The notes under the pieces are model-generated. The model searched no databases. It was not told where the DNA came from and saw nothing but the letters and a program-made list of their open reading frames with translations. Positions 28,191-38,702 of a stretch of 64,000 nt of DNA are shown in pieces. The DNA lies in the NCBI GenBank assembly GCA_963700145.1, contig OY969474.1, forward strand, positions 3,520,001 through 3,584,000. Direction: 5' to 3'. Source of the stretch: an uncultured Acidobacteriota bacterium (GTDB lineage Bacteria > Acidobacteriota > Thermoanaerobaculia > Multivoradales > UBA5704). Made by a program: the position numbers and the translations under genes. Position 1 is the first letter of the stretch. Each line of letters starts with the position of its first letter.

Positions 28191-31156
28191 GACCCGCACC
28201 GTCCCGATCCCCGCTGGGCGGCCTCGCCCTGCTGCTCGCCGCCGCGCTCTGCTTCGCTCCGGCAGCGGCGGCGCAGAACACCACCAGCTCGATCCGCGGC
28301 GTCGTCCGCGACGAGAACGGACCGATCGCCGGCGCCAAAGTCGTCGCCGTGGATGCCGCGAGCGGTTTCTTCCAGGAGGCCACCTCGGGCGCCGACGGCA
28401 GCTTCGCCCTCCAGGGCCTCCGCCCCGCCACCTACGACGTCACGGTCTCCTCCGAGGCCTACGGGCCGCAGAGCCGCAGCGTGCAGGTGCTGCTCGGCCA
28501 GGACGTCGAGGCCGACTTCGTGCTCTCGGTCAACGCCATGTTCACGGAGGAGGTCGTCGTCATCGGCGAGGCGACGCAGCTCCTCGTCGACACCCGCAGT
28601 CCCGAGGTGGCGACCAACGTCACCACCCAGCAGATCGAGCAGCTCCCCCAGAACAGCCGCAACTTCCTCTCCTTCGCGGCGCTGGCGCCCGGGGTGCGCT
28701 TCACCGAGAACGAAGACGAGCAGGGGAAGTCCTTCCGCAGCGGCGGCGCCGAGGCGCGGCAGGTCAACGTCTTCGTCGACGGCCTCTCCTACAAGAACGA
28801 CCTCTTGAAGGGCGGCGCCTTCATGCAGGACTCCAGCCGCGGCAACCCCTTCCCGCAGAACGCGGTGCAGGAGTTCCGGGTGCTGACGCAGAACTACAAG
28901 GCGGAGTACGAGAAAGCGGCGGCGGCGGTGATCACCGCGGTCACCAAGTCAGGTGGGAACGAGTTTCACGGCGACGCCTTCTACCTCTTCCAGGACGAGG
29001 GGCTCCTGACCCAGGACGACTTCGCCAAGGCGCGCGGCGACGAGGAGCCGGAGGTCGAGCGCATCCAGAGCGGGATCTCGATCGGCGGGCCGATCCGCGA
29101 GGACGTCCTGCACTTCTTCGCCTCCTACGAGCAGAACGACCAGGACCGGCTGAGCAGCGTCTTCCGCGGCGGCGGCTTCGGCCGCGCGCCGGCCAACGTC
29201 CAGAGCTTCCTCGGCGGCTTCGAGACCGGGGTGCTGGTCGCCCCGCTCGAGTCGAAGCTGCTCTTCGGCAAGCTCTCCTGGCAGCCGGCCTCCGGCCAGT
29301 CGTTCGACGCCAGCTACTACTGGCGCGACGAGCAGGAGATCCGCGGCTTCGGCAGCCTGCGCACCAAGGACGGCGCCGAGAGCTTCGAGGTCGGCAGCGA
29401 CGCCCTCGTCGCCAAGCACCAGCTCGTCCTCGGCAACTCGCTCAACGAGGCGAGCGCCACTTACCAGAAGCTGCAGTGGGCGCCGACCGCCATCGCCTCC
29501 GACACCCCGCGGCTCAACTACATCGACATCCTCGACGTCGGCGGCAAGGACGCGACCCAGGACTTCCAGCAGGACAAGATCGGCCTGCGCGACGACTTCT
29601 CGTTCTTCAAGGAGTGGCGCGGCAGCCACTCGCTGAAGGCCGGGGTCGGGGTCAACTGGCTGGACTACAAGGTCACCAAAGAGCTGTTCGGCAACGCGCT
29701 GTTCGAGTTCCGCTCCGACGAGCAGTGGCAGTTCCCCTTCCAGGCGCGCCTCGGCTTCGGCAATCCCACCTTGGACTTCAGCAACACCCAGCTCGGGCTC
29801 TACCTGCAGGACGACTGGCAGGTCGCGGAGCGCCTCAGCCTGAGCCTCGGCGTGCGCTGGGACTACGAGTCCAACATGATCAACAACGACTACACGACGC
29901 CGCCGGAGCTGGTGGCGGCGCTGTCGAGCGCCTGCCGCACCTACGGCCAGCCGGTCGGCGGGCAGAGCACCTGGTGCCTGCGCGACTTCCTCGACCTCGA
30001 CCGCTACACCACCAGCGGCGACGACCGCGACGACTACTTCGGCATGGTGCAGCCGCGCCTGGGCTTCTCCTGGGACGTCAAGGGGAACGCCAAGACCGTG
30101 GTCTTCGGCGGCTGGGGCAAGTACTACGACCGCGTCATCCTCAACGACATCTTCGACGAGCAGTACCGCCAGCAGTACAAGATCTTCAGCTTCTGCTTCT
30201 CGGCCGACGGCAGCCCGGCGCCGAACTGCGGCGTGCCGGCGATCGCCTGGCAGCCGGGGTTCCTCTCCGCCGAAGGGCTGGCGGGGCTGGTCGCCCGCGG
30301 CCAGGCGCCGGGGCCGGAGGTCTTCTTGGTCGCCAACGATCTGCGGCCGCCGCGCTCGGACCAGTGGACGCTCGGCGTGCGGCAGCAGCTCGGCAACTGG
30401 ATCGCGGCGTTGACCTACGCCGGCTCGCGCGGCCACAACGGCCTGATGTACTTCTTCGGCGACCTGCCGCCGGGCACCGCCTTCAACGACCGCTTCGGCG
30501 GCAACGTCGGCGTGCCGGGCTACGCGCGCGTCTTCACTACCTCGACGGCGCGCCAGTGGTGGTACGACGGCATCTTCCTGACCCTCGACAAGCCGATCGC
30601 GGCCGGCGCCAAGTGGGGCTTCAACCTCGCCTACACCTACGCCGAGTCCGAGCAGACCGGCACCGACAACCGCGACGAGGGGGTCGCCTTCGGCGCCTTC
30701 GACTACTCCGGCCCGGACGCCCTCTTCAAGTTCCCCGGCACCAACGACGAGCGGCACCGGGTGGTGGCGAGCGGCATCGTCGCCCTGCCCTTCAGCTTCC
30801 GCTTCTCCTCGATCATCACGCTCGGCTCGGGCGTGCCGTTCACCATCTTCGACGACTCGACGGCGCCCTTCACCGTGCGCTGGAACGAAGGGCGGCCGCC
30901 GAAGGACGACTTCATCATCCCCGACGCCTGGGCCTACCGCAGCGTCGACGCGCGCCTGGAGTGGGAGGCGCCGCCGATCGCCGACCGGGTGCGCGTCGGT
31001 CTCATCGGCGAAGGGTTCAACCTCTTCGACCACGACAACGGCGGCTGCTTCGAGTCCTTCAAGCCGCGGCTGCCGAACGTCAACGCCCGCTTCGGCCAGC
31101 CGAACTGCGAGTTCAACACCCGGCGCTACCAGGTCGGCGCCCGCGTGAGCTTCTGA
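28187..31156 (+). CDS. TonB-dependent receptor (Oar-like, N-terminal carboxypeptidase-regulatory-like domain)
   Basis: GGAGG RBS, signal peptide, AVQEFRVLT..YKAEY, TKSGGNEFHG, YLQDDWQV and QPRLGFSWD motifs, C-terminal Phe. Confidence 0.9.
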   Translation: MRPAPSRSPLGGLALLLAAALCFAPAAAAQNTTSSIRGVVRDENGPIAGAKVVAVDAASGFFQEATSGADGSFALQGLRPATYDVTVSSEAYGPQSRSVQVLLGQDVEADFVLSVNAMFTEEVVVIGEATQLLVDTRSPEVATNVTTQQIEQLPQNSRNFLSFAALAPGVRFTENEDEQGKSFRSGGAEARQVNVFVDGLSYKNDLLKGGAFMQDSSRGNPFPQNAVQEFRVLTQNYKAEYEKAAAAVITAVTKSGGNEFHGDAFYLFQDEGLLTQDDFAKARGDEEPEVERIQSGISIGGPIREDVLHFFASYEQNDQDRLSSVFRGGGFGRAPANVQSFLGGFETGVLVAPLESKLLFGKLSWQPASGQSFDASYYWRDEQEIRGFGSLRTKDGAESFEVGSDALVAKHQLVLGNSLNEASATYQKLQWAPTAIASDTPRLNYIDILDVGGKDATQDFQQDKIGLRDDFSFFKEWRGSHSLKAGVGVNWLDYKVTKELFGNALFEFRSDEQWQFPFQARLGFGNPTLDFSNTQLGLYLQDDWQVAERLSLSLGVRWDYESNMINNDYTTPPELVAALSSACRTYGQPVGGQSTWCLRDFLDLDRYTTSGDDRDDYFGMVQPRLGFSWDVKGNAKTVVFGGWGKYYDRVILNDIFDEQYRQQYKIFSFCFSADGSPAPNCGVPAIAWQPGFLSAEGLAGLVARGQAPGPEVFLVANDLRPPRSDQWTLGVRQQLGNWIAALTYAGSRGHNGLMYFFGDLPPGTAFNDRFGGNVGVPGYARVFTTSTARQWWYDGIFLTLDKPIAAGAKWGFNLAYTYAESEQTGTDNRDEGVAFGAFDYSGPDALFKFPGTNDERHRVVASGIVALPFSFRFSSIITLGSGVPFTIFDDSTAPFTVRWNEGRPPKDDFIIPDAWAYRSVDARLEWEAPPIADRVRVGLIGEGFNLFDHDNGGCFESFKPRLPNVNARFGQPNCEFNTRRYQVGARVSF

Positions 31157-32568
31157 GGCGGGGGATCGGAGCGGCGGCGCTGCTGCTCGCGGCGTGCGCC
31201 GCTCCGGCACCGCGGGCGGCGGCGCCTCCACCGCCCGCGGCGGACGAGGCGCTCCTCGACGAGATCGAGGAGCGCACCTTCCGCTTCTTCTGGGAGCGGG
31301 CGCACCCGGCGACCGGCCTGATTCCCGACCGCTGGCCGACGCCGTCCTTCGCCAGCATCGCCGCCACCGGCTTCGGCTTGACCGCCTATCCGATCGGCGT
31401 CGAGCGCGGCTGGGTGGGACGGGCGGAGGCGGCCGAGCGGGTGCGCGCGACGCTGCGCTTCCTGGCCGCGGCGCCGCAGGGGCCGGAGCCGGCCGGGCGC
31501 GCCGGCCACCACGGGCTCTTCTACCACTTCCTCCACCAGGACACCGGCCTGCGCTTCGAGCAGGTCGAGCTGTCGACGATCGACACCGCGCTGCTCTTGG
31601 GCGGCGTCCTCTTCTGCCGCAACTACTTCGACCAGGACGACCCGGTCGAGGCCGAGGTCCGCCGCCTGGCGACCGCGCTCTACGAGGCCGCCGACTGGCG
31701 GTTCGTGCAGCCGCGGCCGCCGCGGGTGGCGATGGGGTGGTTTCCGGAGAAGGGCTTCCACCACCTCGACTGGACGGGCTACAACGAGGCGATGCTCCTC
31801 TATGTCCTCGCCCTCGGCTCGCCGACTCACCCGGTCGAGCCGGCGGCGTGGGAGGCGTGGACCTCGACCTACCGGGTCGCCGAGTTCCACGGCCAGCGCT
31901 ACCTCCTCTTCGCGCCGCTCTTCGGCCACCAGTACTCCCATATATGGATCGACTTCCGCGGCATCCGCGACGCGGCGATGCGCCGGCTCGGCTTCGACTA
32001 CTTCGAGAGCTCGCGGCGCGCGGCGCTGGCGCAGGTCGCCTGGGCGCGCGCCAACCCGCGGCGCTGGCGCGGGCTCGGCGGCGCCGTTTGGGGGGTCACC
32101 GCCTGCGACGGCCCGGCCGACGTCGAGCTCGAAGTCAACGGCGAGAAGCGCCGGTTCTGGACCTACGCCGGGCGCGGCGTCGGCCCCCATTACGACGTCG
32201 ACGACGGCACCATCGCCCCCACCGCCGCCGGCGGCTCGCTGCCGTTCGTCCCCGCCGAGGCGACGGCCGCCCTCGCCGCGATGCGTCGCGACCACGGCGA
32301 GCACCTCTTCGCCGCCTACGGTTTCCTCGACGCCTTCAACCCGACTTTCACCTTCACCGACGTGCCGGTGCGCCACGGCAAGGTGGTGCCCGGCGCCGGT
32401 TGGTACGACACCGACTACCTCGGCATCGACCAGGGGCCGATCGTGGCCATGATCGAGAACCACCGCTCCGGGCTCGTCTGGCGGGTGATGCGTCGCGACC
32501 CCGACCTGCGGCGCGGCCTCGAGCGGGCCGGCTTCGCGGGCGGATGGCTCGACGCGCCAGCCAACTGA
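31153..32568 (+). CDS. Glycoamylase-domain (GH144-like, putative endo-beta-1,2-glucanase) lipoprotein
   Basis: RTFRFFWE, SIAATGFGL, GLFYHF, ELSTIDTALL, GYNEAM, LFGHQYSH and YLGIDQGP motifs; LAAC lipobox; only plausible start is a CTG overlapping the upstream TGA. Confidence 0.82.
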   Translation: MRRGIGAAALLLAACAAPAPRAAAPPPPAADEALLDEIEERTFRFFWERAHPATGLIPDRWPTPSFASIAATGFGLTAYPIGVERGWVGRAEAAERVRATLRFLAAAPQGPEPAGRAGHHGLFYHFLHQDTGLRFEQVELSTIDTALLLGGVLFCRNYFDQDDPVEAEVRRLATALYEAADWRFVQPRPPRVAMGWFPEKGFHHLDWTGYNEAMLLYVLALGSPTHPVEPAAWEAWTSTYRVAEFHGQRYLLFAPLFGHQYSHIWIDFRGIRDAAMRRLGFDYFESSRRAALAQVAWARANPRRWRGLGGAVWGVTACDGPADVELEVNGEKRRFWTYAGRGVGPHYDVDDGTIAPTAAGGSLPFVPAEATAALAAMRRDHGEHLFAAYGFLDAFNPTFTFTDVPVRHGKVVPGAGWYDTDYLGIDQGPIVAMIENHRSGLVWRVMRRDPDLRRGLERAGFAGGWLDAPAN

Positions 32569-33848
32569 GCCCGGCGGTCTTCGGGCTCCTGGCCCTCGCG
32601 CTCGCCGCCTGCGGCGCTCGCGAGCCCGACCCTAACCTCGTCCGCTTCTGGGCCTTCGGGCGCGAGGGGGAGATGGTCCGCGAGCTGGTCCCCGAGTTCG
32701 AGCGCCGCCACCCCGGCGTGCGGGTCGAGCTGCAGCAGGTGCCGTGGACGGCGGCGCACGAGAAGCTGCTGACGGCGCACGTCGGCAACGCCACCCCCGA
32801 CGTCGCGCAGCTCGGCAACACCTGGGTCCCTGAGTTCGTGGCGCTGGAGGCGCTGGCGCCGCTCGACGAGCGGCTCGCCGCCGCGCCGGCGTTCGCGCGC
32901 GGCGACTACTTCGCCGGCGCCTGGGACTCGAACGTGGTGGACGGCGTCACCTGGGGCCTCCCCTGGTACGTCGACACGCGCGTCCTCTTCTACCGCACCG
33001 ACCTGGTGGCCGCGAGTGGCGCCCCCTGGCCGCCGCGCACCTGGGCGGAGTGGCGGCAGGCGATGGCGCGGATCAAGCAGCGCGGCGGCGCGGAGCGCTA
33101 CGCCATCCTGCTGCCGGTCGACGAGTGGGACAAGCCGGTGTTCCTCGGGCTCCAGGCCGGCGCCACCCTGCTCGACGTCGAGGGTCGGCGCGGCGCCTTC
33201 CGCGACCCGCGCTTCCGCCGCGCCATGGCCTTCTACACCGACCTCTTCGCCGCCAGGCTCGCGCCGCCGGTCACCTCGAGCGGCGTCGCCAACCTCTACC
33301 AGCAGTTCGAGGAGGGGTACTTCGCGATGGTGGTGACCGGCCCCTGGAACCTGGGGGAGTTCCGCAAGCGGCTGCCGGCGGACATGCAGCAGCGCTGGGC
33401 CACCGCGCCGCTGCCGGCCCCCGACGCGGCCGCCGGCTACCCGGGAGTCTCGCTCGCCGGCGGCGCCAGCCTGGTCATCTTCCGCCACGCCGCCGAGCAC
33501 GACGCCGCCTGGCGCCTCGTCGAGTTCCTCTCCGCGCCGGCGCAGCAGGCCCGCTTCTACGAGCTGACCGGCGACCTGCCGTCGCGCCGCTCGGCCTGGG
33601 CGCGCACCGACCTCGACGCCGACCCCCGCGCCGCCGCCTTCCGCGAGCAGCTCGGGGCGCTCGCCTCGCTCCCCAAGGTGCCGGAGAGCGAGCAGATCGT
33701 GGCCCGCGTCGCCGAGGCGGTCGAGCAGGTGGTGCGCGGCAGCAAGACGCTCGACGAGGCGCTCGCCGCCCTCGACGCCGACGTCGACCGCATGCTGGAG
33801 AAGCGGCGCTGGCTGCTGGAAAGGAAGGCTGAGGAGGCCCGCCCGTGA
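32544..33848 (+). CDS. Sugar ABC transporter substrate-binding lipoprotein
   Basis: LAAC lipobox; PDVAQLGNTW, PWYVDTRVLFYRTD and GPWN motifs; ATG at 32544. Confidence 0.9.
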   Translation: MARRASQLSPAVFGLLALALAACGAREPDPNLVRFWAFGREGEMVRELVPEFERRHPGVRVELQQVPWTAAHEKLLTAHVGNATPDVAQLGNTWVPEFVALEALAPLDERLAAAPAFARGDYFAGAWDSNVVDGVTWGLPWYVDTRVLFYRTDLVAASGAPWPPRTWAEWRQAMARIKQRGGAERYAILLPVDEWDKPVFLGLQAGATLLDVEGRRGAFRDPRFRRAMAFYTDLFAARLAPPVTSSGVANLYQQFEEGYFAMVVTGPWNLGEFRKRLPADMQQRWATAPLPAPDAAAGYPGVSLAGGASLVIFRHAAEHDAAWRLVEFLSAPAQQARFYELTGDLPSRRSAWARTDLDADPRAAAFREQLGALASLPKVPESEQIVARVAEAVEQVVRGSKTLDEALAALDADVDRMLEKRRWLLERKAEEARP

Positions 33849-34756
33849 GCGCCGTCCCGCGCGAGAGCACCGGCACGCCGAAAGAGGCGCGCGCCGCCTG
33901 GTGGCTGCTGGCGCCGGCGCTCGGCGCGATCGTCCTCTTCTTCGCCCTGCCGGTCGTGGCCGGGCTGCTCCTTTCCTTCACCGACTTCGACCTCTACGCC
34001 ATCGCCGATCCGGGGAACGCCCGCTTCGTCGGGCTCGGCAACTACGCCCGCCTGCTGCGCGATCCGCTCTTCTGGAAGGCGCTCGGCAACACCTTCCTCC
34101 TGGTGGCGGTCGGCGGCCCGCTGACCCTGGCGGTGGCGCTCGGCGGAGCGCTCCTCGTCAACTCGCGCCTGGCCCGCCTGCGCGGCCTCTACCGCACCAT
34201 CTTCTTCGCCCCGGTGGTGACGACGCTGGTGGCGGTGGCGGTCGTCTGGCGCGCCCTCTACCACCCGCGCTTCGGCCTCTTCAACCAGATCCTCGGCCTC
34301 TTCGGGATCCCCGAGATCGACTGGCTCGGCCATCCGCGCTGGGCGATGCTCGCCATCGTCCTGCTCTCGGTCTGGCGCAGCTTCGGCTACTACCTGGTGA
34401 TCCTGGTGGCCGGCCTGCAGGCGATCCCGGAGACGCTCTACGAGGCGGCGCGCCTCGACGGCGCCTCCTGGTGGCAGCAGCTCTGCCACATCACCCTGCC
34501 GCTGCTGCGGCCGACCCTGGTCTTCGCCGGCGTGATTATGACCGTCGGCTTCTTCCAGCTCTTCGCCGAGCCGTACGTGATGACCCGCGGCGGGCCGCTC
34601 AACGCGACGCTCTCGATCGCCCTCCTCATGTACCAGCAGGGCTTCCGCTGGTGGAACATGGGGCACGCGGCGGCGATCGCCTTCACCCTCTTCGCCCTGA
34701 TCCTGGCGACCTCGGCGCTGCAGGTCGGGCTGCGGCGGCGGGAGGCGCGGCGGTGA
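33845..34756 (+). CDS. Carbohydrate ABC transporter permease
   Basis: FVGLGNY, EAA loop LYEAARLDGA, ITLPLLRP. Confidence 0.93.
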   Translation: MSAVPRESTGTPKEARAAWWLLAPALGAIVLFFALPVVAGLLLSFTDFDLYAIADPGNARFVGLGNYARLLRDPLFWKALGNTFLLVAVGGPLTLAVALGGALLVNSRLARLRGLYRTIFFAPVVTTLVAVAVVWRALYHPRFGLFNQILGLFGIPEIDWLGHPRWAMLAIVLLSVWRSFGYYLVILVAGLQAIPETLYEAARLDGASWWQQLCHITLPLLRPTLVFAGVIMTVGFFQLFAEPYVMTRGGPLNATLSIALLMYQQGFRWWNMGHAAAIAFTLFALILATSALQVGLRRREARR

Positions 34757-35574
34757 AGCGCCGCCTGCTCACGATCGCCGTCAACGCGGTACTGCTCCTG
34801 GCGGCGCTCCTCACCCTCCTGCCGCTCGCCTGGATGGTCTCGGCCTCCTTCATGCCCGCCGGCGAGGCCAACCAGCTGCCGCCGCGCTACCTGCCGAGCG
34901 CGCCGACGCTGGTCCACTACCAGACCCTCTTCGCCCGCCTCAACCTCGGGCGCGCCTTCCGCAACTCGCTCATCCTGGCGGTCGCGATCACCGCGGTCTC
35001 GGTGCTCTGCAACTCGATGGCCGGCTACGCCTTCGCCAAGCTCCGCTTCCGGGGGCGCGACCGCCTGTTCGCGCTGCTGCTGCTGACCCTGGTGGTGCCG
35101 CCGCAGGTCGGCATGCTGCCGCTCTACCTCGAGCTGCGCGCGTTCGGCTTGGTCAACAGCTACGGCGGCGTCGTGGTGGCGGCCATCGCCACCGTCTTCG
35201 GCATCTTCCTGGTGCGGCAGTTCGCTCTCGCAATCCCCGACGAGCTGCTCGACGCGGCGCGCATCGACGGCGCCTCGGAGTGGCGGATCTACTGGAACGT
35301 GGTGCTGCCGCTGCTGCGGCCGATCCTGGCCACCCTCGCGGTCTTCACCTTCCTGTCGTCGTGGAACGACTTCATGTGGCCGCTCATCGTGCTCACCGAC
35401 GAGCGCCTCCAGACCCTGCCGGTGGCCCTCGCCAACCTCTCCGGCGAGCACGTGCAGGACACCGAGCTGATGATGGCCGGCGCCGTGGTGACGGTGCTGC
35501 CGGTGCTCATCCTCTTCCTCGCCGCGCAGCGCCAGTACCTCGAAGGGATCCTGATGGGGGGTCTCAAGGAGTGA
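34753..35574 (+). CDS. Carbohydrate ABC transporter permease
   Basis: AGYAFAK, IPDELLDAARIDGASE, WNDFMWPL; GTG start at 34753. Confidence 0.93.
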   Translation: MKRRLLTIAVNAVLLLAALLTLLPLAWMVSASFMPAGEANQLPPRYLPSAPTLVHYQTLFARLNLGRAFRNSLILAVAITAVSVLCNSMAGYAFAKLRFRGRDRLFALLLLTLVVPPQVGMLPLYLELRAFGLVNSYGGVVVAAIATVFGIFLVRQFALAIPDELLDAARIDGASEWRIYWNVVLPLLRPILATLAVFTFLSSWNDFMWPLIVLTDERLQTLPVALANLSGEHVQDTELMMAGAVVTVLPVLILFLAAQRQYLEGILMGGLKE

Positions 35575-38500
35575 GGCGCCTCCTCGCGGCGCTCCTCGCG
35601 GCCGGCTGCCTCGCGGCCCGCGGCGCCGAAGGGAACGGCGGTGCGAACGGCGGCGCCGGCGCGCCGGTGCGCTTCGACCTCTTCGACGCGAGCCGCTGGG
35701 AGGCCGCTCCCGCCGACGGCGTCGAGCTCCAGATCAACGCCGAGCCGACGAGCGGCGGCGAGCCGGCGCTCCGCCTCAGCTTCGACTTCCACGGCCGCGG
35801 TGGCTGGGCGGCGGCGCGGCTGCCGCTGGACCCGCCGCTCGCGCTGCCCCCCAACTGGGAGCTGCGCTTCCGCCTGCGGGGCGAAGCGCCGACCAATCAC
35901 CTCGAGGTCAAATTCGTCGACCCGACCGGCGAGAGCGTCTGGTGGTCGGTCATGCGCGACTACGAGCTCCCGCGCGAGTGGACGCCGATCCGCGTCAAGA
36001 AGCGGCAGGTGCAGTTCGCGTGGGGGCCGGCGGGCGGCGGCGAGCTCGAGCGGCTCGGCGCCCTGGAGATCACCGTCACCGCCGGCAGCGGCGGCAGCGG
36101 CCGGGTGTGGATCACCGACCTGGAGCTGGTGCCGCTGCCGCCGCCGCGTCCCTACGCCGGCACGCCGCGCGCCGCGGCGAGCGCGGAGATCCCCGGCCAC
36201 GCCGCCGGCCGCGCCCTCGACGGCGACCCCGCCACCGGCTGGCGCGCGCCCGCCGGCGCGGCGGCGTGGACCCTCGACTTCGGCGAGCCGCGCGAGCTGG
36301 GCGGGCTCACCCTGCGCTGGGAGGCGGGGCGGTCGCCGCGCGGCTTCGCCGTGGACCTCTCCGACGACGGCGCCGAGTTCCGCGAGGCCTGGGCCGCGCC
36401 GCGCGCCGGTGGCGCCCGCAACGACCTCTTCCTCCCCGACACCGAAACCCGCTTCGTGCGCCTGCGCCTCCCCGCCGAGGACCGCGAGCGCGGCCTCGCC
36501 GAGGTGGAGGTCCGCCCGCTCGCCTTCACCGAGTCGAAGAACCGCTTCTTCGAGACGATCGCCGCCGAGGCGCCGCGCGGCGCTTACCCGCGCGGCTTCT
36601 CCGGCGAGCAGGTGTACTGGACGCTGGCCGGGCGCGACGGCGACCCGGAGGAGGGGCTCTTCTCCGAGGACGGCGCGCTGGAGCCCGCCGAGAAGGCTCC
36701 GGCGCTGGAGCCCTTCGTCCACCTCGACGGCCGCCTCTGGAGCTGGGCCGACGTCGCGGCCGAGCAAAGCCTCGCCGACGGCGACCTGCCGATCCCGACC
36801 GTGGCCTGGCCGCTGCCAGGCGGGCTTCGCTTCGAGATCACGGCGCTCGCGCCGGAGATGGAAGAAGAGGCTTCAGGTGGGGGGTCGCTGGCCGTGCGCT
36901 ACCGGCTGCGCAACACCGGCGACGCGCCGCGCGACGGGACGCTGTTCGTCGCCGCGCGACCGTTCCAGGTGAACCCGCCTCAACAGTTCCTCAACGTCTC
37001 GGGCGGGGTGGCGCGGCTGGCGCGCGCCGCCTGCGCGGGCGCAACGCTGTCGCTCGACGAGCGCCGCGTCGTCGCCGCGCCGGCGCCGGATAGGTGCGGC
37101 GCCGTGGCCTTCGACGAAGGCTCGATCACCGACTGGCTCGCGCGCGGCGAAGTCCCGCGCGAGGCCGCGGTCGAGGACCCCTTCGGCCACGCCTCCGCCG
37201 CCCTTACCTGGTCTTTCCACCTGCCGCCGGGAGGAAGCCGCGAGATCGTGCTCACGATCTCCTCCGGTGCCGCCGCCGCGGAGCCGATCGACCCCGCCCG
37301 CTTCGCCGCCCTCGAAGCCGCCGCCCGCGCCGCCTGGCGCGCGCGCCTCGACCGCGTCGAGCTGCGCCTGCCGCCCGAGGCCGAGCCGCTCCTGCGCACC
37401 CTCCGCACCGGCCTCGCCGCCATCCTCATCCACCGCGACGGCCCGGCGATCCAGCCCGGCTCGCGCGCCTACGCCCGCTCCTGGATCCGCGACGGCGCGC
37501 TGACGGGCGGCGCCCTCCTCCGCCTCGGCCACGCCGACGCCGCGCTCGACTTCGCCGAGTGGTTTGCCGGCTTCCAGTACCCCGACGGCAGGGTCCCCTG
37601 CTGCGTCGACCGCAGCGGCGCCGGCGCGGTGCCGGAGCACGACAGCGACGGCGAGTGGATCCACCTCGTCTCCGAGGTCTACCGCTACACCGGCGACCGC
37701 GCCTTCGCCGAGCGCATGCTCCCCGGCGTCGAGCGGGCGGTGGCGCACCTCGACGCCCTGCGCGCCGCCCGCCGCACCCCCGAGTACGAATCGGGCGACA
37801 AGCGCCTCTTCTTCGGCCTCCTCCCCGAGTCGATCAGCCACGAGGGCTACTCGGCGAAGCCCATGCACTCCTACTGGGACGACGCCTTCGCCTACCGCGG
37901 CTACGCCGACGCCGCAGCGCTGGCGGCGGCGCTCGGGCGCGCCGATCTCGCCGCGCGCTGGGGGGCGAGCCGCGACGAGTTCCGCGCCGACCTCCTCGCC
38001 TCGCTCGACCTCGCCCGCGCCCGGCACGGCATCGACTACCTCCCCGGCGCCGCCGAGCTGGGGGACTTCGACGCCACCTCGACGACCGTGCTCGTCGAGC
38101 CCGGCGGGCTCGACGCGGCGCTGCCGCCCGCCGCGCTCACCGCGACCTTCGAGCGCTACTGGCAGGAGTTCGTCGCGCGCCGCGACGGCCTCCGCGCCTG
38201 GGACGTCTATACGCCGTACGAGCTGCGCCAGGTCGGCACCTTCGTCCGCCTCGGCTGGCGCGAGCGGGCGCACGAGCTGCTCGACTTCTTCCTCGAAGGG
38301 CGGCGGCCGCCGGCCTGGAACCAGTGGGCCGAGGTGGTGGGGCGGGAGCCGCGCGCGCCGCGCTTCATCGGCGACCTGCCGCACGGCTGGGTGGCCTCCG
38401 ACTTCGCGCGCAGCCTCCTCGACCTCCTCGCCTACGAGCGGCGGAGCGACGGTGCCCTCGTCCTCGCCGCCGGCGTGCCGCGCGCCTGGCTCGCCCCGGG

Positions 38501-38702
38501 GCAAGAGGTCGGCGTGCGCAGCCTCCACACCCCCTGGGGGCCGCTCGCCTACTCGCTGCGCGGCGAGCGCGGGCGCGTCGCCGTGCGCGTCGAGGCGCTG
38601 GCGGCGGCGCCGCCGGGCGGCGTCCTCCTCGCCCTGCCGGACCTGCCGCCGCGGCCGCTCGCCGCGCTGCCGGCCGACTTCGCCGTCGAGGTCCCCTGGT
38701 GA
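35571..38702 (+). CDS. Secreted discoidin (F5/8 type C)/CBM protein with C-terminal (alpha/alpha)6 glycoside hydrolase-like domain
   Basis: Signal peptide; ALDGDPATGW and LSDDG discoidin motifs; YARSWIRDG, ESISHEGY and WNQWAEV six-hairpin-like region; GTG start at 35571. Confidence 0.75.
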   Translation: MRRLLAALLAAGCLAARGAEGNGGANGGAGAPVRFDLFDASRWEAAPADGVELQINAEPTSGGEPALRLSFDFHGRGGWAAARLPLDPPLALPPNWELRFRLRGEAPTNHLEVKFVDPTGESVWWSVMRDYELPREWTPIRVKKRQVQFAWGPAGGGELERLGALEITVTAGSGGSGRVWITDLELVPLPPPRPYAGTPRAAASAEIPGHAAGRALDGDPATGWRAPAGAAAWTLDFGEPRELGGLTLRWEAGRSPRGFAVDLSDDGAEFREAWAAPRAGGARNDLFLPDTETRFVRLRLPAEDRERGLAEVEVRPLAFTESKNRFFETIAAEAPRGAYPRGFSGEQVYWTLAGRDGDPEEGLFSEDGALEPAEKAPALEPFVHLDGRLWSWADVAAEQSLADGDLPIPTVAWPLPGGLRFEITALAPEMEEEASGGGSLAVRYRLRNTGDAPRDGTLFVAARPFQVNPPQQFLNVSGGVARLARAACAGATLSLDERRVVAAPAPDRCGAVAFDEGSITDWLARGEVPREAAVEDPFGHASAALTWSFHLPPGGSREIVLTISSGAAAAEPIDPARFAALEAAARAAWRARLDRVELRLPPEAEPLLRTLRTGLAAILIHRDGPAIQPGSRAYARSWIRDGALTGGALLRLGHADAALDFAEWFAGFQYPDGRVPCCVDRSGAGAVPEHDSDGEWIHLVSEVYRYTGDRAFAERMLPGVERAVAHLDALRAARRTPEYESGDKRLFFGLLPESISHEGYSAKPMHSYWDDAFAYRGYADAAALAAALGRADLAARWGASRDEFRADLLASLDLARARHGIDYLPGAAELGDFDATSTTVLVEPGGLDAALPPAALTATFERYWQEFVARRDGLRAWDVYTPYELRQVGTFVRLGWRERAHELLDFFLEGRRPPAWNQWAEVVGREPRAPRFIGDLPHGWVASDFARSLLDLLAYERRSDGALVLAAGVPRAWLAPGQEVGVRSLHTPWGPLAYSLRGERGRVAVRVEALAAAPPGGVLLALPDLPPRPLAALPADFAVEVPW

